Below, in pieces: positions 32,622 through 43,320 of a stretch of 64,000 nt of DNA (position 1 is its first letter; every line of letters begins with the position of its first letter). Source of the stretch: an uncultured candidate division Zixibacteria bacterium (GTDB lineage Bacteria > Zixibacteria > MSB-5A5 > GN15 > PGXB01); the NCBI GenBank assembly GCA_963702205.1, contig OY969724.1, positions 3,424,001 through 3,488,000 of the forward strand, written 5' to 3'. The position numbers and the translations under genes are program-made. Under the pieces are notes generated by a model. That model saw only the letters and a program-made list of their open reading frames with translations. It did not search any database and was not told where the DNA came from.

Positions 32622-33518
32622 ATGAACCTCTCGATGGATTACCTCGGACGCATCTTCGCCCTCGCCACGGCCATCATCTGGGCTTTCGCGGTGGTCCTTT
32701 TCAAGAAAAGCGGCGAAACGGTCCACCCCATCGCTTTGAACGTTTTGAAAAACCTCCTGGCGCTGATTCTCCTGGCGCCGACCATCTGGCTGGCCGGCGG
32801 CGAAATTTTCCGCGACAGCCCGGCCCGGGATTATATTCTGATATTCATTTCCGGCGCTCTTGGTATCGGCATCGCCGACACCCTTTTCTTCATGAGCTTG
32901 AACCGTGTCGGGGCCGGACTATCAGCCATTTTGTCGTGTTTATACAGCCCGTTTATGATCGGTATGTCAATGATATTCCTGCACGAAGAAATGACCTTCT
33001 ATCAAATTTTCGGAGTGATGCTCATCATTTCCGCTATCCTCACCGCCGCCTCGCGCAAAGGCGCCGGGAATATCCCACCCAAAGTATTAATGCAGGGAGT
33101 CTTGCTGGCCGCCATAGCCAACCTTGTCATGGCTTATGGTATCGTACTAATTAAACCGATTCTGGACACGGCTCCCCTCCTCTGGGTGACAGAAATGCGT
33201 CTGGTGGGCGGCATGATCGTTCTGGCTGTCGTGCTGGCGGTTTATCCCGGACGAGTGAGAGTTATGAAAACGCTGTCAATAGGCAAGGGCTGGAAGTACA
33301 GCCTGGCCGGATCGTTTTTCGGTACCTATGTGGCTTATACTCTCTGGCTGGCCGGAATGAAATTCACGAAAGTATCTATTGCCGCCGCGCTCAACCAGAC
33401 CAGCAATATATTCCTGTTTATCTTCGCGGCCCTGATTTTGAAAGAAGCCATAAATTATCGCAAGACGGTAGGAATAATTCTTGGCGTAGCCGGCGCATTG
33501 ATTATAATACTTGCCTGA
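32622..33518 (+). CDS. DMT/EamA-family transporter
   Basis: About 10 TM helices in two EamA repeats (FLHEEM, ILKEAI). Confidence 0.88.
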   Translation: MNLSMDYLGRIFALATAIIWAFAVVLFKKSGETVHPIALNVLKNLLALILLAPTIWLAGGEIFRDSPARDYILIFISGALGIGIADTLFFMSLNRVGAGLSAILSCLYSPFMIGMSMIFLHEEMTFYQIFGVMLIISAILTAASRKGAGNIPPKVLMQGVLLAAIANLVMAYGIVLIKPILDTAPLLWVTEMRLVGGMIVLAVVLAVYPGRVRVMKTLSIGKGWKYSLAGSFFGTYVAYTLWLAGMKFTKVSIAAALNQTSNIFLFIFAALILKEAINYRKTVGIILGVAGALIIILA

Positions 33519-33561
33519 TGACTCGACAAAAATTACAAGTCATATATTTCGGAGACCTATC

Positions 33562-36500
33562 ATGAAATTTTCAAAAATCGCTGTGACATTAACTTTATTG
33601 TTTGCAGCAGGCGCTTTGTCCCGGGCCGGTGAAGTCAGCTACGCCCGCTACCCGGCCCTGTCGCCCGACGGCCAGACCATCGCCTTCACATATATGGGTG
33701 ACCTCTGGACCGTCCCGTCATCGGGCGGTGCCGCCAGCCGCCTTACCGTGCACCCGGCCGAGGACATAATGCCGCAGTTTTCACCCGATGGATCCAAAAT
33801 CCTGTTTTCCTCCAATCGCTTCAACAACTATGACGTCTTTATCATGCCTGTCGAAGGTGGCCCCCCGGAACAATTGACCTTTGCCTCCAGCACCGATATT
33901 GGCTCATCCTGGTTTGCCGGAGGAGATTCCGTGCTGTTTACGTCGCGTCGTGAGGGTTGGGCCGACATTTACAAAGTATCGGCCGAAGGCGGTGCAGCGA
34001 TCAAGCTGACCGGATACCTTCACGAAAAAGAGCATTTCGGGCGCATGTCTCCCGATGGTAAATTTCTTATTTACAGCACCGGTTCCGGAGATTCGCGCTG
34101 GTGGCGGCGTGACCTAAGAGGCGGCCGCGATTCCGACATATTCATGTTCGACCGCAGCCAGGAAAAGTACACGTCGAAAAGACTGACCGACTTTAAAGGA
34201 CACGACTTATGGCCGGTTTTGAACGACGCCCGACGCGAAATATATTTCGTTTCCAATCGCGATGACAATTACGCCCAGGTTTGGAAAAAATCCCTCGACG
34301 GCGGCGAGGCGGCCGCCCTGACTTCGTTCGACACCGATGGCGTCCAATGGCTCAATTCAAACCCGCAAGGCGATATGCTCGTCTTCGAGCAGAATTTTAA
34401 AATATGGACGCTGAATCCCGCCGACGGCATCATAAAAGAAATCCCGATTGACATAAACAGCGATGAGATAAAAAACCCTGTCGAACAAAAGGTATTCAAA
34501 GACAAGGTCGAGCGTTTTACCCTTTCCCCCGATGGCAAAAAAATCGCGGCGGTCGTGCACGGTGAAATATTCGTCATTCCATCGGAAAAGCCCGAAGAAG
34601 GTCGGCCGGTTACTTTCACATCCGCGAGAGAATCCTACCCCGCCTGGGGAAAGGATTCGCGCATTATTTATTATTCATCCGACCTCAACGGCAATAATGA
34701 TATTTTTTCCGTCGATGCCGCCACTGGTGAGCAAAAACAGTTGACGTCCTCCAAAGAAAACGATATGAAGCCGATTGTCTCACCCGACGGCAAATTTCTC
34801 GCCATCTACCGGGGCCTGCACAAAATCGTTCGCTATGACCTCGCGAAAAATACCGAAACCGTCTGGGTGAAAAGTGATTTCGGGGATATGGAACTGGAGG
34901 GTACTATCGATTACGCCTGGTCGCCCGATTCCCGCTGGCTGGCCTTTTCCGCTTTTGGCCCGACCATGGAATCCGACATATATGTCGTCGATCTCGACGG
35001 CCGAACGCACGATGTATCTCAATTCTACGGCTGGAATCTCGATCCGAAGTTCTCATCGGACGGGAAAATGCTCTATTTCACTTTTGCGACGCGTTACGAA
35101 TCGCATACGTACAAAATCGATCTACAGTACAAACCGGTCGAATATTTCGAAGCCTTGCTGGACAGCCTGTTCGCAAACGATGACGGCGAAAAGACCAAAG
35201 AAAAAAAATCTGATAAAAAGGCCGATTCGGCCGCGGTCGAACCGGTGCGAATAAATTTTGACCGTATTGTCGACCGGCGCTCACTGGCCGCGAAACTCCC
35301 GACGTCAGATGAATATCCCGTCCTTGGCCCCGACGGCAAGAAATTTTTCTTCGTCTCCTCCATACTCGGCCGGCCGGAAATCTGGTCGGTAAACGTCGAG
35401 GGCAGCCCCGACCTCGAGCAACTCACCAAAACCGATGGATCGGAGAGCAACCTCGTGATTTCACCCGACGGCAAAAAGTTGTACTACTTGGAGGGAAGCG
35501 TTATCAGGTGGACCGATACCGAGGGTGGCAAGACGACGTCACTGGCCTTCAAAGCGCCGCTCGAGATCGACCGGATGGCCAACAACCGCCAGAAATTCAT
35601 GGAATCGTGGAAAATGCTGAACGACTATTTCTACGACTCAACCTTCCACGGGGCCGACTGGAAAGCCGCCAGGTCCAAATACCAGCCGCTGCTGGATAAC
35701 ATCAGCACCGACGCCGACTTTGAAAACCTGATGTTCGAACTGTTCGGCGAACTGCGCGCTTCGCATCTCTGGATATACGACAACGGCCCCGCCCCGTCGG
35801 AGATGGTACAAACCGGTGCGACCGGGATATGGATCGACTACAAAGCGCTTGACCGCGACGGTCAGTACAAAATCGACCGTGTCTTCACATCTTCCCCCGC
35901 TGCCCTGGCCGGAATCAAGCCGGGTCAGTACCTGCGGACTATCGACGGCAAAACCGTTACCAGAGATACCAATATGTACCGTTTTACGGCCGGGACCATC
36001 GGCCGCCGCTTGAAACTCGGCATCTCCGACACTCCCAACGGCAAAATGACTGACGTCTACGTCAAACCGATCTCGATCCTCGCCGAACGCGACCTGTGGT
36101 ACGACGACTGGGTAGCACAACGCCGGGCCATGGTTGACAGCCTGTCGGACAGACGGCTCGCCTACATTCACATTCCGGCAATGAACCAAAACGCGCTGGA
36201 AAAATTCACCGAACAACTGGTCTCGATCGCCGAGCCCAAAGAAGGACTCCTTATCGACGTGCGCGATAACGGCGGCGGAAATATAGCCGTCTACCTGCTC
36301 GGGATGCTTATGAAATCGCCGTTTATCATGCGGGAATTTCGAGAGTCGCCGGTAACGTCGGAAAACAAGATGCGCTCCAAAGCCGTCGAAAAACCGATGG
36401 TACTTCTGATCAATGAATATTCCGGTTCTAATTCCGAGATTTTCGCCGAGGGTTTCCGCAAACTCGGCCTCGGTAAAATAATCGGCACAGCCACGTCCGG

Positions 36501-36717
36501 CGGCGTAATCGGAACGTCATCATACACATTGATTGACGGCACTCGCATTAGGCGGCCTTCGACGGGTTCGTTCACGACCGACATGGAGGACATCGACCTC
36601 CAGCCCCGGCAGCCGGACATATATGTAGAGAACCTTCTCGATGATTTCATCAACGGCCGTGACCCGCAACTGGTCCGGGCCGTACAAGAGCTTCTGAAAG
36701 AACTTAATCAAGAATAG
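33562..36717 (+). CDS. Tricorn-like S41 peptidase (PD40 propellers, PDZ, protease domain)
   Basis: Signal peptide, many SPDG repeats, ELRASH, YIHIPAM, IDVRDNGGG, SGSNSE; GGAGA before ATG 33562. Confidence 0.92.
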   Translation: MKFSKIAVTLTLLFAAGALSRAGEVSYARYPALSPDGQTIAFTYMGDLWTVPSSGGAASRLTVHPAEDIMPQFSPDGSKILFSSNRFNNYDVFIMPVEGGPPEQLTFASSTDIGSSWFAGGDSVLFTSRREGWADIYKVSAEGGAAIKLTGYLHEKEHFGRMSPDGKFLIYSTGSGDSRWWRRDLRGGRDSDIFMFDRSQEKYTSKRLTDFKGHDLWPVLNDARREIYFVSNRDDNYAQVWKKSLDGGEAAALTSFDTDGVQWLNSNPQGDMLVFEQNFKIWTLNPADGIIKEIPIDINSDEIKNPVEQKVFKDKVERFTLSPDGKKIAAVVHGEIFVIPSEKPEEGRPVTFTSARESYPAWGKDSRIIYYSSDLNGNNDIFSVDAATGEQKQLTSSKENDMKPIVSPDGKFLAIYRGLHKIVRYDLAKNTETVWVKSDFGDMELEGTIDYAWSPDSRWLAFSAFGPTMESDIYVVDLDGRTHDVSQFYGWNLDPKFSSDGKMLYFTFATRYESHTYKIDLQYKPVEYFEALLDSLFANDDGEKTKEKKSDKKADSAAVEPVRINFDRIVDRRSLAAKLPTSDEYPVLGPDGKKFFFVSSILGRPEIWSVNVEGSPDLEQLTKTDGSESNLVISPDGKKLYYLEGSVIRWTDTEGGKTTSLAFKAPLEIDRMANNRQKFMESWKMLNDYFYDSTFHGADWKAARSKYQPLLDNISTDADFENLMFELFGELRASHLWIYDNGPAPSEMVQTGATGIWIDYKALDRDGQYKIDRVFTSSPAALAGIKPGQYLRTIDGKTVTRDTNMYRFTAGTIGRRLKLGISDTPNGKMTDVYVKPISILAERDLWYDDWVAQRRAMVDSLSDRRLAYIHIPAMNQNALEKFTEQLVSIAEPKEGLLIDVRDNGGGNIAVYLLGMLMKSPFIMREFRESPVTSENKMRSKAVEKPMVLLINEYSGSNSEIFAEGFRKLGLGKIIGTATSGGVIGTSSYTLIDGTRIRRPSTGSFTTDMEDIDLQPRQPDIYVENLLDDFINGRDPQLVRAVQELLKELNQE

Positions 36718-36726
36718 GCTTTATTT

Positions 36727-36760
36727 AAGGCGGAAGACAATAGGCTCTTCCGCCTTTTTT
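36727..36760 (+). terminator. Intrinsic terminator
   Basis: aaggcggaaga/tcttccgcctt stem then T run. Confidence 0.8.
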
Positions 36761-36831
36761 ATCTTCCGGGTTTTCTTGACTTTATTCGCGCTCGCGGTAT
36801 ATTTCGTCCGGATCCTAAGTCATTGTATGTT

Positions 36832-39096
36832 ATGAAAATATTATATCTGACAATTTTTTTGCTGATCGCTGTGTCGGCTGAAATTGCACCCGCCTCGACA
36901 CCAATTGTACGCGAGTTCAAGCCCGCCGAGGACGCTCTCATCCTCCCCTATCGCTTTGAAATCAGGGATAAACTCATTACCAGATCCTTCGACTATACAT
37001 ATCCGATAAGGATTCACAAGGACGGCAGCTACGGTTTACTCCTCGTCGGCGACCGAGCTCTGGATGAAAACACATCGAGCATACTCTTCTACGACGACAT
37101 CCAGCGCCAAAATGCCATCTGGCACTATCATATACCGACCGGTCATTTGTCCGCACCGTTGATTGCCGACTTCGATAACGACGGCCTCGAGGACGCCGCC
37201 ACCTGTTACGTGATAGCCGACAGCCTGTGGGTCGAAATAGTGCAGGTTAGCAAACAAACACTGTTCAAGAAAATGATCGCCTCAGGCGTTGATCGCGATA
37301 ATTCAGGTGTCTGGGACGCTAACGGCATTATGCTGAAAGCTTTTGACTTCAACGGCGACGGGTACAAAGACATTTTGTTTTCGATCGACTGCGGCTATGA
37401 TCTGTACCCTCGCAGCGTAGTATGCCTCGACTGGAAGAACGACGCCATTCTCTGGCGCTATGATATCGCCGGAATCATAAATTCTGGTAATACATTTATC
37501 GTAAAAATTCCCGCTGACGGCAGCTTGAGAATCGTCTTCGGCGTCGCGTCCAAAGGCAATGCCGCCGTCGCGGCCGACATGGACGACAGCCATTCATATA
37601 CGATCGTCCTTGACGACCACGGTCGACTTCTCTGGCATCTGCAGACGGGCGGATCATTTACGAATGCAACTCCGGTGGTGTACGATTTCAACAACGACGG
37701 CATCCCCGAAATTCTTGTTGCCAGAACTCCGGCTATGCTATCCGAAGGCACGGACCCAACGCTTAATTATTTTTATCTCGATATGTACACTCTCGACGGC
37801 AATCTAATCTCCGAAAAGGAGCTCGGGACCGGCTCGCTGCCGCGTGAAATGCGTTTGTTCGATTTTAACTCCGACGGGACTCCGGAAATATTCGTGGAGA
37901 CTCGCGAACGGCGACTTATCATTCTGGATCTCGAACTGGACGAACTTGAGGTATGCACCGCACCTTCCATCTTCACCGTATGGGACTGCCGGGATTTTCT
38001 CGGTCGGGGAGACAATCAACTTCTTATGGTGCTTCATTCAACCTGTCTGCTTTTGACCGACGGCAACTTCAATCCGCTGGCACAGATCGACGCCGACGGC
38101 CCCCTGCACGTCAATAGTTATATGGCTGCACAAATTTCACCGCCGCAAAAGAAATATTCCATCTTTATCTCTTCCGGTCTGCTTGCCGACAGCTATGTCT
38201 ACGAACTCGCCCGCTCACCCTGGTACACAGTATTTTCACGGAAGCCGTTGCTGGCCTTTCTGGCCGGGGCGGTCCCGCTGGGAATTATCGCGGCCGTAAT
38301 CTGGTTCATCTTGACCGCCTTCCGCCGCAAGAATAAAATAATCGAAGATCAGAAAAACCGTCTCGATAGGGCGTTAACCGACCTGCGCGCGGCCCAGGAA
38401 GAACTAATTGCCGCCGAAAAATACCGCCAGGCCAAAGACATCGCCGGAGGCGTCGCCCACGAAATACTCAACGCCCTCTACCCGGCCCGCACCGCCCTTG
38501 ACAGCCTGAAAGAAAAGCCCGAGGCTGATACAGCGGATTCCCGCGACCGCCGCATCCAAATGCTGAACCTTGCCGAGCGCGCCGTAAACCGCGCCATGAC
38601 TATGGTCGAGCTGGTTAAAGTCTATTCCCGGCTCGACACCGAGAAAAAAACCGAAAAGACATCGCTGGCCGAAATCGCCGCCGAAGTCATAGAAAGCGAC
38701 CAAGACAGGATCGAGAAGGTGACGGCCGAAGTATTCACGGATATCCCCGATGATCTGTCCATCAATATGTACAGACTCCATGCCTACAGCATTCTAAATA
38801 ATTTATTCTTAAACAGCCTGACAGCAATAGAAAATTCGCCGCAAAAGAAAATATATATAAGAGCGGCAGAACACGAAGGCAAAGTTCGCCTGGAGATAGA
38901 AGATACAGGTCCCGGAATCCCCGATAAAATCGTCGAGCGTATATTCGACGCCTTCTATACGACTCATCCCAACTCGGGAACCGGCCTCGGGCTGAGCATT
39001 GTCAAACGCATTGTTTCACTTTACGAGGGCCAAATTCACACTGAATCAGTGCTGGACAAGGGAACAAAATTCATTATATTATTTTATAAAGCCTGA
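36832..39096 (+). CDS. Histidine kinase with extracytoplasmic FG-GAP/VCBS beta-propeller sensor
   Basis: Signal peptide, DFDNDG/DFNGDG/DFNNDG/DFNSDG repeats, one TM, GGVAHEI, DTGPGI, GTGLGL; TTGACT-16-TATATT upstream. Confidence 0.85.
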   Translation: MKILYLTIFLLIAVSAEIAPASTPIVREFKPAEDALILPYRFEIRDKLITRSFDYTYPIRIHKDGSYGLLLVGDRALDENTSSILFYDDIQRQNAIWHYHIPTGHLSAPLIADFDNDGLEDAATCYVIADSLWVEIVQVSKQTLFKKMIASGVDRDNSGVWDANGIMLKAFDFNGDGYKDILFSIDCGYDLYPRSVVCLDWKNDAILWRYDIAGIINSGNTFIVKIPADGSLRIVFGVASKGNAAVAADMDDSHSYTIVLDDHGRLLWHLQTGGSFTNATPVVYDFNNDGIPEILVARTPAMLSEGTDPTLNYFYLDMYTLDGNLISEKELGTGSLPREMRLFDFNSDGTPEIFVETRERRLIILDLELDELEVCTAPSIFTVWDCRDFLGRGDNQLLMVLHSTCLLLTDGNFNPLAQIDADGPLHVNSYMAAQISPPQKKYSIFISSGLLADSYVYELARSPWYTVFSRKPLLAFLAGAVPLGIIAAVIWFILTAFRRKNKIIEDQKNRLDRALTDLRAAQEELIAAEKYRQAKDIAGGVAHEILNALYPARTALDSLKEKPEADTADSRDRRIQMLNLAERAVNRAMTMVELVKVYSRLDTEKKTEKTSLAEIAAEVIESDQDRIEKVTAEVFTDIPDDLSINMYRLHAYSILNNLFLNSLTAIENSPQKKIYIRAAEHEGKVRLEIEDTGPGIPDKIVERIFDAFYTTHPNSGTGLGLSIVKRIVSLYEGQIHTESVLDKGTKFIILFYKA

Positions 39097-39145
39097 GTAA
39101 TTCATCTGCAGCTTAAAATTGTAATTTTCCCATAAGGATAAGGGT

Positions 39146-40492
39146 ATGGCCGATCGAATACTGTTGGTTGATGATGACCCTATGGTCATGGAGGCTTTAA
39201 AGCAGGTTTTCGACGAAGAATACGAAACGCTGGCCGGCGTGTCGGGATTCGAAACCCTCGAAATCCTGAGCACGAACGACAACATCAACACCGTCATTCT
39301 GGATATTCGCATGGCCGAACTGGACGGGCTCGAAACCGCCCGTAAAATCCACGAAATTAATCCCGAACTCCCCATTATATTTCATACCGGTTACCCCGGC
39401 GATTATTCCGAGGGTGAGATCGAAAAAGAGTACAGTCCTTTCGATTACGTCATTAAAAGCGAGCGCCTGGCCAGATTGCGCCGGGCCGTCAAAAACGCCG
39501 TCAAGCATTATAAACTTCGGACCGATTCGCAGACCTTACGAAAAATCGCGCTGGAAAATTACGGCCTTGTGGGCAAGTCTGCCACCATGCTGAACGTCTT
39601 CAAAAAAATCGAGCAGGTAGCCGCGACTGAAAGCAAAATTCTTATCCTCGGTCCGACCGGCAGCGGCAAGGAACTCGTAGCGCGGGCTATACACAAATCG
39701 AGCCGTCGCGGCGATGCCCGTCTGGCAATTTTAAATTGCAATCATAAATCATTCGACCTGGTCGAATCGGAGCTGTTCGGACATCTGAAAGGCTCATTTA
39801 CCGGGGCGGTCGCGGACCGGGTGGGACTATTCGAATACGCCGACGGCGGCACCGTTTTCCTCGATGAAATCGGTGACCTCGACATAACCACCCAGGCCAA
39901 AATCCTGAGGATTCTCGAATCCGGCGAATTCAGCAAAGTCGGCTCGCCCGAAGTGCAATCCACGGATATTCGCCTGATTTGTGCCACGCATCGCAACCTC
40001 GAACGACTGGTCAGCGATAATATATTCCGCGAGGATCTCTTTTACCGCATAAACGGCATTACTATCACCCTGCCACCGTTAAAAGACAGACGCGAAGATA
40101 TTCCACTTTTAATAGAACATTTCGCAGAAAATTATTTCATGCGCAACGGATGCGGACCGAAAATCTTCGAGCCCGACGCCATCGATGATTTAATCGCCTT
40201 TGACTGGCCGGGCAACGTGCGCCAACTGCTCGACGCCGTTCAGTCTCTTTTCGACCTGACAGCGTCGTCATACATAACGCGCGCTCATGTCGGCGAATAT
40301 CTGAACAGACATCCGTTAGAAAAATCAAATGGCCATTCGCTGTCCGATATTCTCAAAGATTATAAGAAAACTGTCATAATACAAACTCTAACCCGGCACG
40401 AATTCAATGCCAGCGCCGCGGCCCGGGAGCTTCAGATTGACCCGGCCAATTTCCATAAGATGATCAACGACCTGAACATATCCAAAGGTTAA
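39146..40492 (+). CDS. NtrC-family sigma54-dependent response regulator
   Basis: REC (LVDDD, ILDIRM), GPTGSGKE, ESELFGH.KGSFTGA, FLDEIGD, WPGNVRQL, Fis-type HTH. Confidence 0.95.
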   Translation: MADRILLVDDDPMVMEALKQVFDEEYETLAGVSGFETLEILSTNDNINTVILDIRMAELDGLETARKIHEINPELPIIFHTGYPGDYSEGEIEKEYSPFDYVIKSERLARLRRAVKNAVKHYKLRTDSQTLRKIALENYGLVGKSATMLNVFKKIEQVAATESKILILGPTGSGKELVARAIHKSSRRGDARLAILNCNHKSFDLVESELFGHLKGSFTGAVADRVGLFEYADGGTVFLDEIGDLDITTQAKILRILESGEFSKVGSPEVQSTDIRLICATHRNLERLVSDNIFREDLFYRINGITITLPPLKDRREDIPLLIEHFAENYFMRNGCGPKIFEPDAIDDLIAFDWPGNVRQLLDAVQSLFDLTASSYITRAHVGEYLNRHPLEKSNGHSLSDILKDYKKTVIIQTLTRHEFNASAAARELQIDPANFHKMINDLNISKG

Positions 40493-40614
40493 TTTCACCA
40501 ATCCGATTTGCCTCAATTCGTGTATATTCAACTAATTTCCGTATCTGCCCTGTTAGCCTTCATCGTTAGTTCATAGACCACAACAATTTACAACGAGTCA
40601 AAACGCCACCACGG

Positions 40615-40631
40615 TCGGCACGCTATTCGAT
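40615..40631 (+). promoter_or_regulatory. Near-consensus sigma54 -24/-12 element
   Basis: tcGGCACGctattcGA (GG-N10-GA instead of GC), downstream of the NtrC-like gene. Confidence 0.45.
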
Positions 40632-40641
40632 ATATAATTTG

Positions 40642-40786
40642 TAAATTCTGCCATAAAAACTACCCGGTAGCAGAAGACCCTGCTTCAATGGGTTTTTCCC
40701 ATGAGGGGGGACTCAATTCGGCTGATTAGCTCGATTGAGTAGCACGCCCCGATGGATGTCCGTGCTCGCATCCTCGGGGCTTTTTT
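40642..40786 (+). ncRNA. Candidate structured small RNA ending in an intrinsic terminator
   Basis: Hairpins agcag/ctgct, atggg/cccat, actcaat/attgagt and gccccga..ggatg/catcc.tcggggc+T6; only 13-aa ORFs seen. Confidence 0.4.
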
Positions 40787-41007
40787 ATTATAAAGGTATC
40801 AACATTTGGACCCGCGTTTTCGCATCAATAAACAAAGATCGCATTTTGAAATACGTATCATATTTACCGCGTTACCAAAAGCTAAAGGGCGAGATTATCA
40901 ATAATGTGCCTTAAAACGGCTAAAAACATCTTTGCAATTTCCGATAACCTGTTATATTATATCCAATTACAACACAGGAGTTCACGATTACCCGCCCGGG
41001 AGGCAAA

Positions 41008-43191
41008 ATGAAAGCTCTATGCACCTTCGTTTGTTCTATGATGTTCATATTTCTGTTTGTGCCGCAGGCCTTTTGCGACCAGGCCAAATCCATCGAAGCC
41101 AAAGTTCATCTTCAAACGAAGGCGGATTATTTGACTTTCAAAGCTCTCGGACTGGATGACGTCCGCATGTTCAAGGATTTTGCCGACGTCATTGTCGACA
41201 GTACAACTTTTCTAAGGCTGCAGTCCACCGATCTCAAAATAGAAGTCCTGCATGACGACCTGACCGCTTTCTATCAGTCGCGCCTGCTTAACAAAGACAT
41301 GGGCGGGTACATGACCCTTTCCGAAATCGAAGCCAAAATGGCCCTGATGCACGTTCAGCATCCCGGCATAACCACCGACACGATGAGCATCGGGCAGACG
41401 ATACAGGGACGGGATATCTGGGCTATTAAAATCTCCGACAATCCCAACGTCGACGAGGACGAACCCGAGGTCCTTTTTACCGCCGCCATACACGCCCGCG
41501 AAGTCATCACCCCGTTGGTGCTGTTTAACTTCACCGATTACCTGCTCGACAATTACGGCACCGATCCCGATGTCACCGACCTGATCGACCATCGCGAACT
41601 TTGGTTCATCATGTGCGTCAATCCCGACGGTTACTACCACAACGAATTTACCAATCCGTCCGGCGGCGGTCTGTGGCGAAAAAACCGCCGCAGCAACGGC
41701 GACGGTACTTATGGTGTCGATCTCAACCGTAATTTCGGCCATGAATGGGGCTACGATAATGCCGGCTCTTCACCGATTACCGACGACGAAACCTATCGCG
41801 GCACCGGGCCGTTTTCCGAACCGGAAACGCAGGCTGTCAGAGATTTTGTCGAAAGCCATAATTTCGTGATTTCGATGTTCTTCCACTCTTATCAGAATTT
41901 ACTGTTGTGGCCCTGGGGTTATCTGGACGGCCTCATTACACCCGATGAAGATATCTTCGAACAAATCGGCGATACCGTCCAGGCTTTCAACGGTTATGAT
42001 CCGGGACCCGGCTGGCAGTTATATGTGACCAACGGCGACAGCGATGACTGGATGTACGGCGAACAGGTCGCCAAAAACAAAGTCTTCGGCATGACTATGG
42101 AGGTTGGTTCATTCGATGACGGTTTCTGGCCCAATACGTCACGAATCCCGCAGCTCACCTCGGAAAATCTCCAGCCGTGCCTGTTTCTGGCCCGCATCGC
42201 CGGAGACATATATTCACTGCGGGCCCCTGCCCCGCCGGAGCTTTTTGTTCAGGATACCGTCGATTCCAACGGTTTCGACTTAAACTGGACCTTCTTCGAT
42301 ACCCTCAATCCGGCCGTCGATTATGATCTTCAGGAGCTTCAGAACTTCGAATCCGTTCTCGATTCGGCCAATAGTTTCGAGAACTGGTCGCAGTCCGGTT
42401 TTGAGCTTTCGAATGCGCGGAGCTATTCCTCGCCCACCAGTTTCTTCTCCGGGGTGGGCAATAACCGTCAGTACCATATCACGACCGATAGCTACTACAC
42501 CGTCCCGTCCGACGATACTCTTAAATTCCGCATCTGGTACGCCATTGAAGAAGACTGGGATTACGGCTACGCTGAGGTATCGACCGACGGCGTCAATTTC
42601 ACTCCGCTGGCGGGTAACATCACGACCAACACCAACCCCAACGGCAACAATCGCGGCAACGGCATTACGGGATTCTCGTCGGGCTGGGTGGAAGGTCGTT
42701 TTCCTCTGAACGCCTATGCCGGTCAGGACGTCCTTTTCCGGATTTCGTACTACACCGATGAGTACGTCAACGAGGAAGGCTTCTATGTTGACGATATCAA
42801 TCCCGTCATGGGGTATGCCACGAAGGTGGATTACGCCGCAACCGATACTACCTACTCGTTTACAAGTAAACCGGCCGGTCAATATTATTATCACGTTCGG
42901 GCCCGCGACGCTCAAAATCAATGGGGCAATTACAGCGCTATCAAACCGGTGGCGGTTATCCCGGGAGCGACTTTTACCTGCGGCGACGTCGATGATGACG
43001 GCGCCATCAATCTGATCGACATTCTGTATTTGATCGACTTTATTTACGGCGACCCCGCCGGGCCACAGCCCGATCCGCTCATTTCCGGAGATGCCGACGG
43101 AGACGGTTTCGTTAACCTGATAGATATTCTTTATTTAATAGATTTCGTATACAGTGAACCTCCGGGGCCGGGGCCGGTTTGCGGAGGATAA
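41008..43191 (+). CDS. M14 zinc carboxypeptidase (carboxypeptidase T-like) with accessory domains and dockerin-like module
   Basis: IHARE, NPDG, WRKNR, DLNRNF, FSEPET, HSY, MEVG; paired NLIDILYLI. Confidence 0.92.
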   Translation: MKALCTFVCSMMFIFLFVPQAFCDQAKSIEAKVHLQTKADYLTFKALGLDDVRMFKDFADVIVDSTTFLRLQSTDLKIEVLHDDLTAFYQSRLLNKDMGGYMTLSEIEAKMALMHVQHPGITTDTMSIGQTIQGRDIWAIKISDNPNVDEDEPEVLFTAAIHAREVITPLVLFNFTDYLLDNYGTDPDVTDLIDHRELWFIMCVNPDGYYHNEFTNPSGGGLWRKNRRSNGDGTYGVDLNRNFGHEWGYDNAGSSPITDDETYRGTGPFSEPETQAVRDFVESHNFVISMFFHSYQNLLLWPWGYLDGLITPDEDIFEQIGDTVQAFNGYDPGPGWQLYVTNGDSDDWMYGEQVAKNKVFGMTMEVGSFDDGFWPNTSRIPQLTSENLQPCLFLARIAGDIYSLRAPAPPELFVQDTVDSNGFDLNWTFFDTLNPAVDYDLQELQNFESVLDSANSFENWSQSGFELSNARSYSSPTSFFSGVGNNRQYHITTDSYYTVPSDDTLKFRIWYAIEEDWDYGYAEVSTDGVNFTPLAGNITTNTNPNGNNRGNGITGFSSGWVEGRFPLNAYAGQDVLFRISYYTDEYVNEEGFYVDDINPVMGYATKVDYAATDTTYSFTSKPAGQYYYHVRARDAQNQWGNYSAIKPVAVIPGATFTCGDVDDDGAINLIDILYLIDFIYGDPAGPQPDPLISGDADGDGFVNLIDILYLIDFVYSEPPGPGPVCGG

Positions 43192-43320
43192 TTGCATACC
43201 GGCCAAAATGTTACACTGGCCGCTTAAATTTCTTTTAAGGGCAAGGGATTGGTTAAAATTCCGATAATTATGGTAAACCCGAAATCTGATGGATATTGAA
43301 ACAGGGATAGGTAAAATCAA

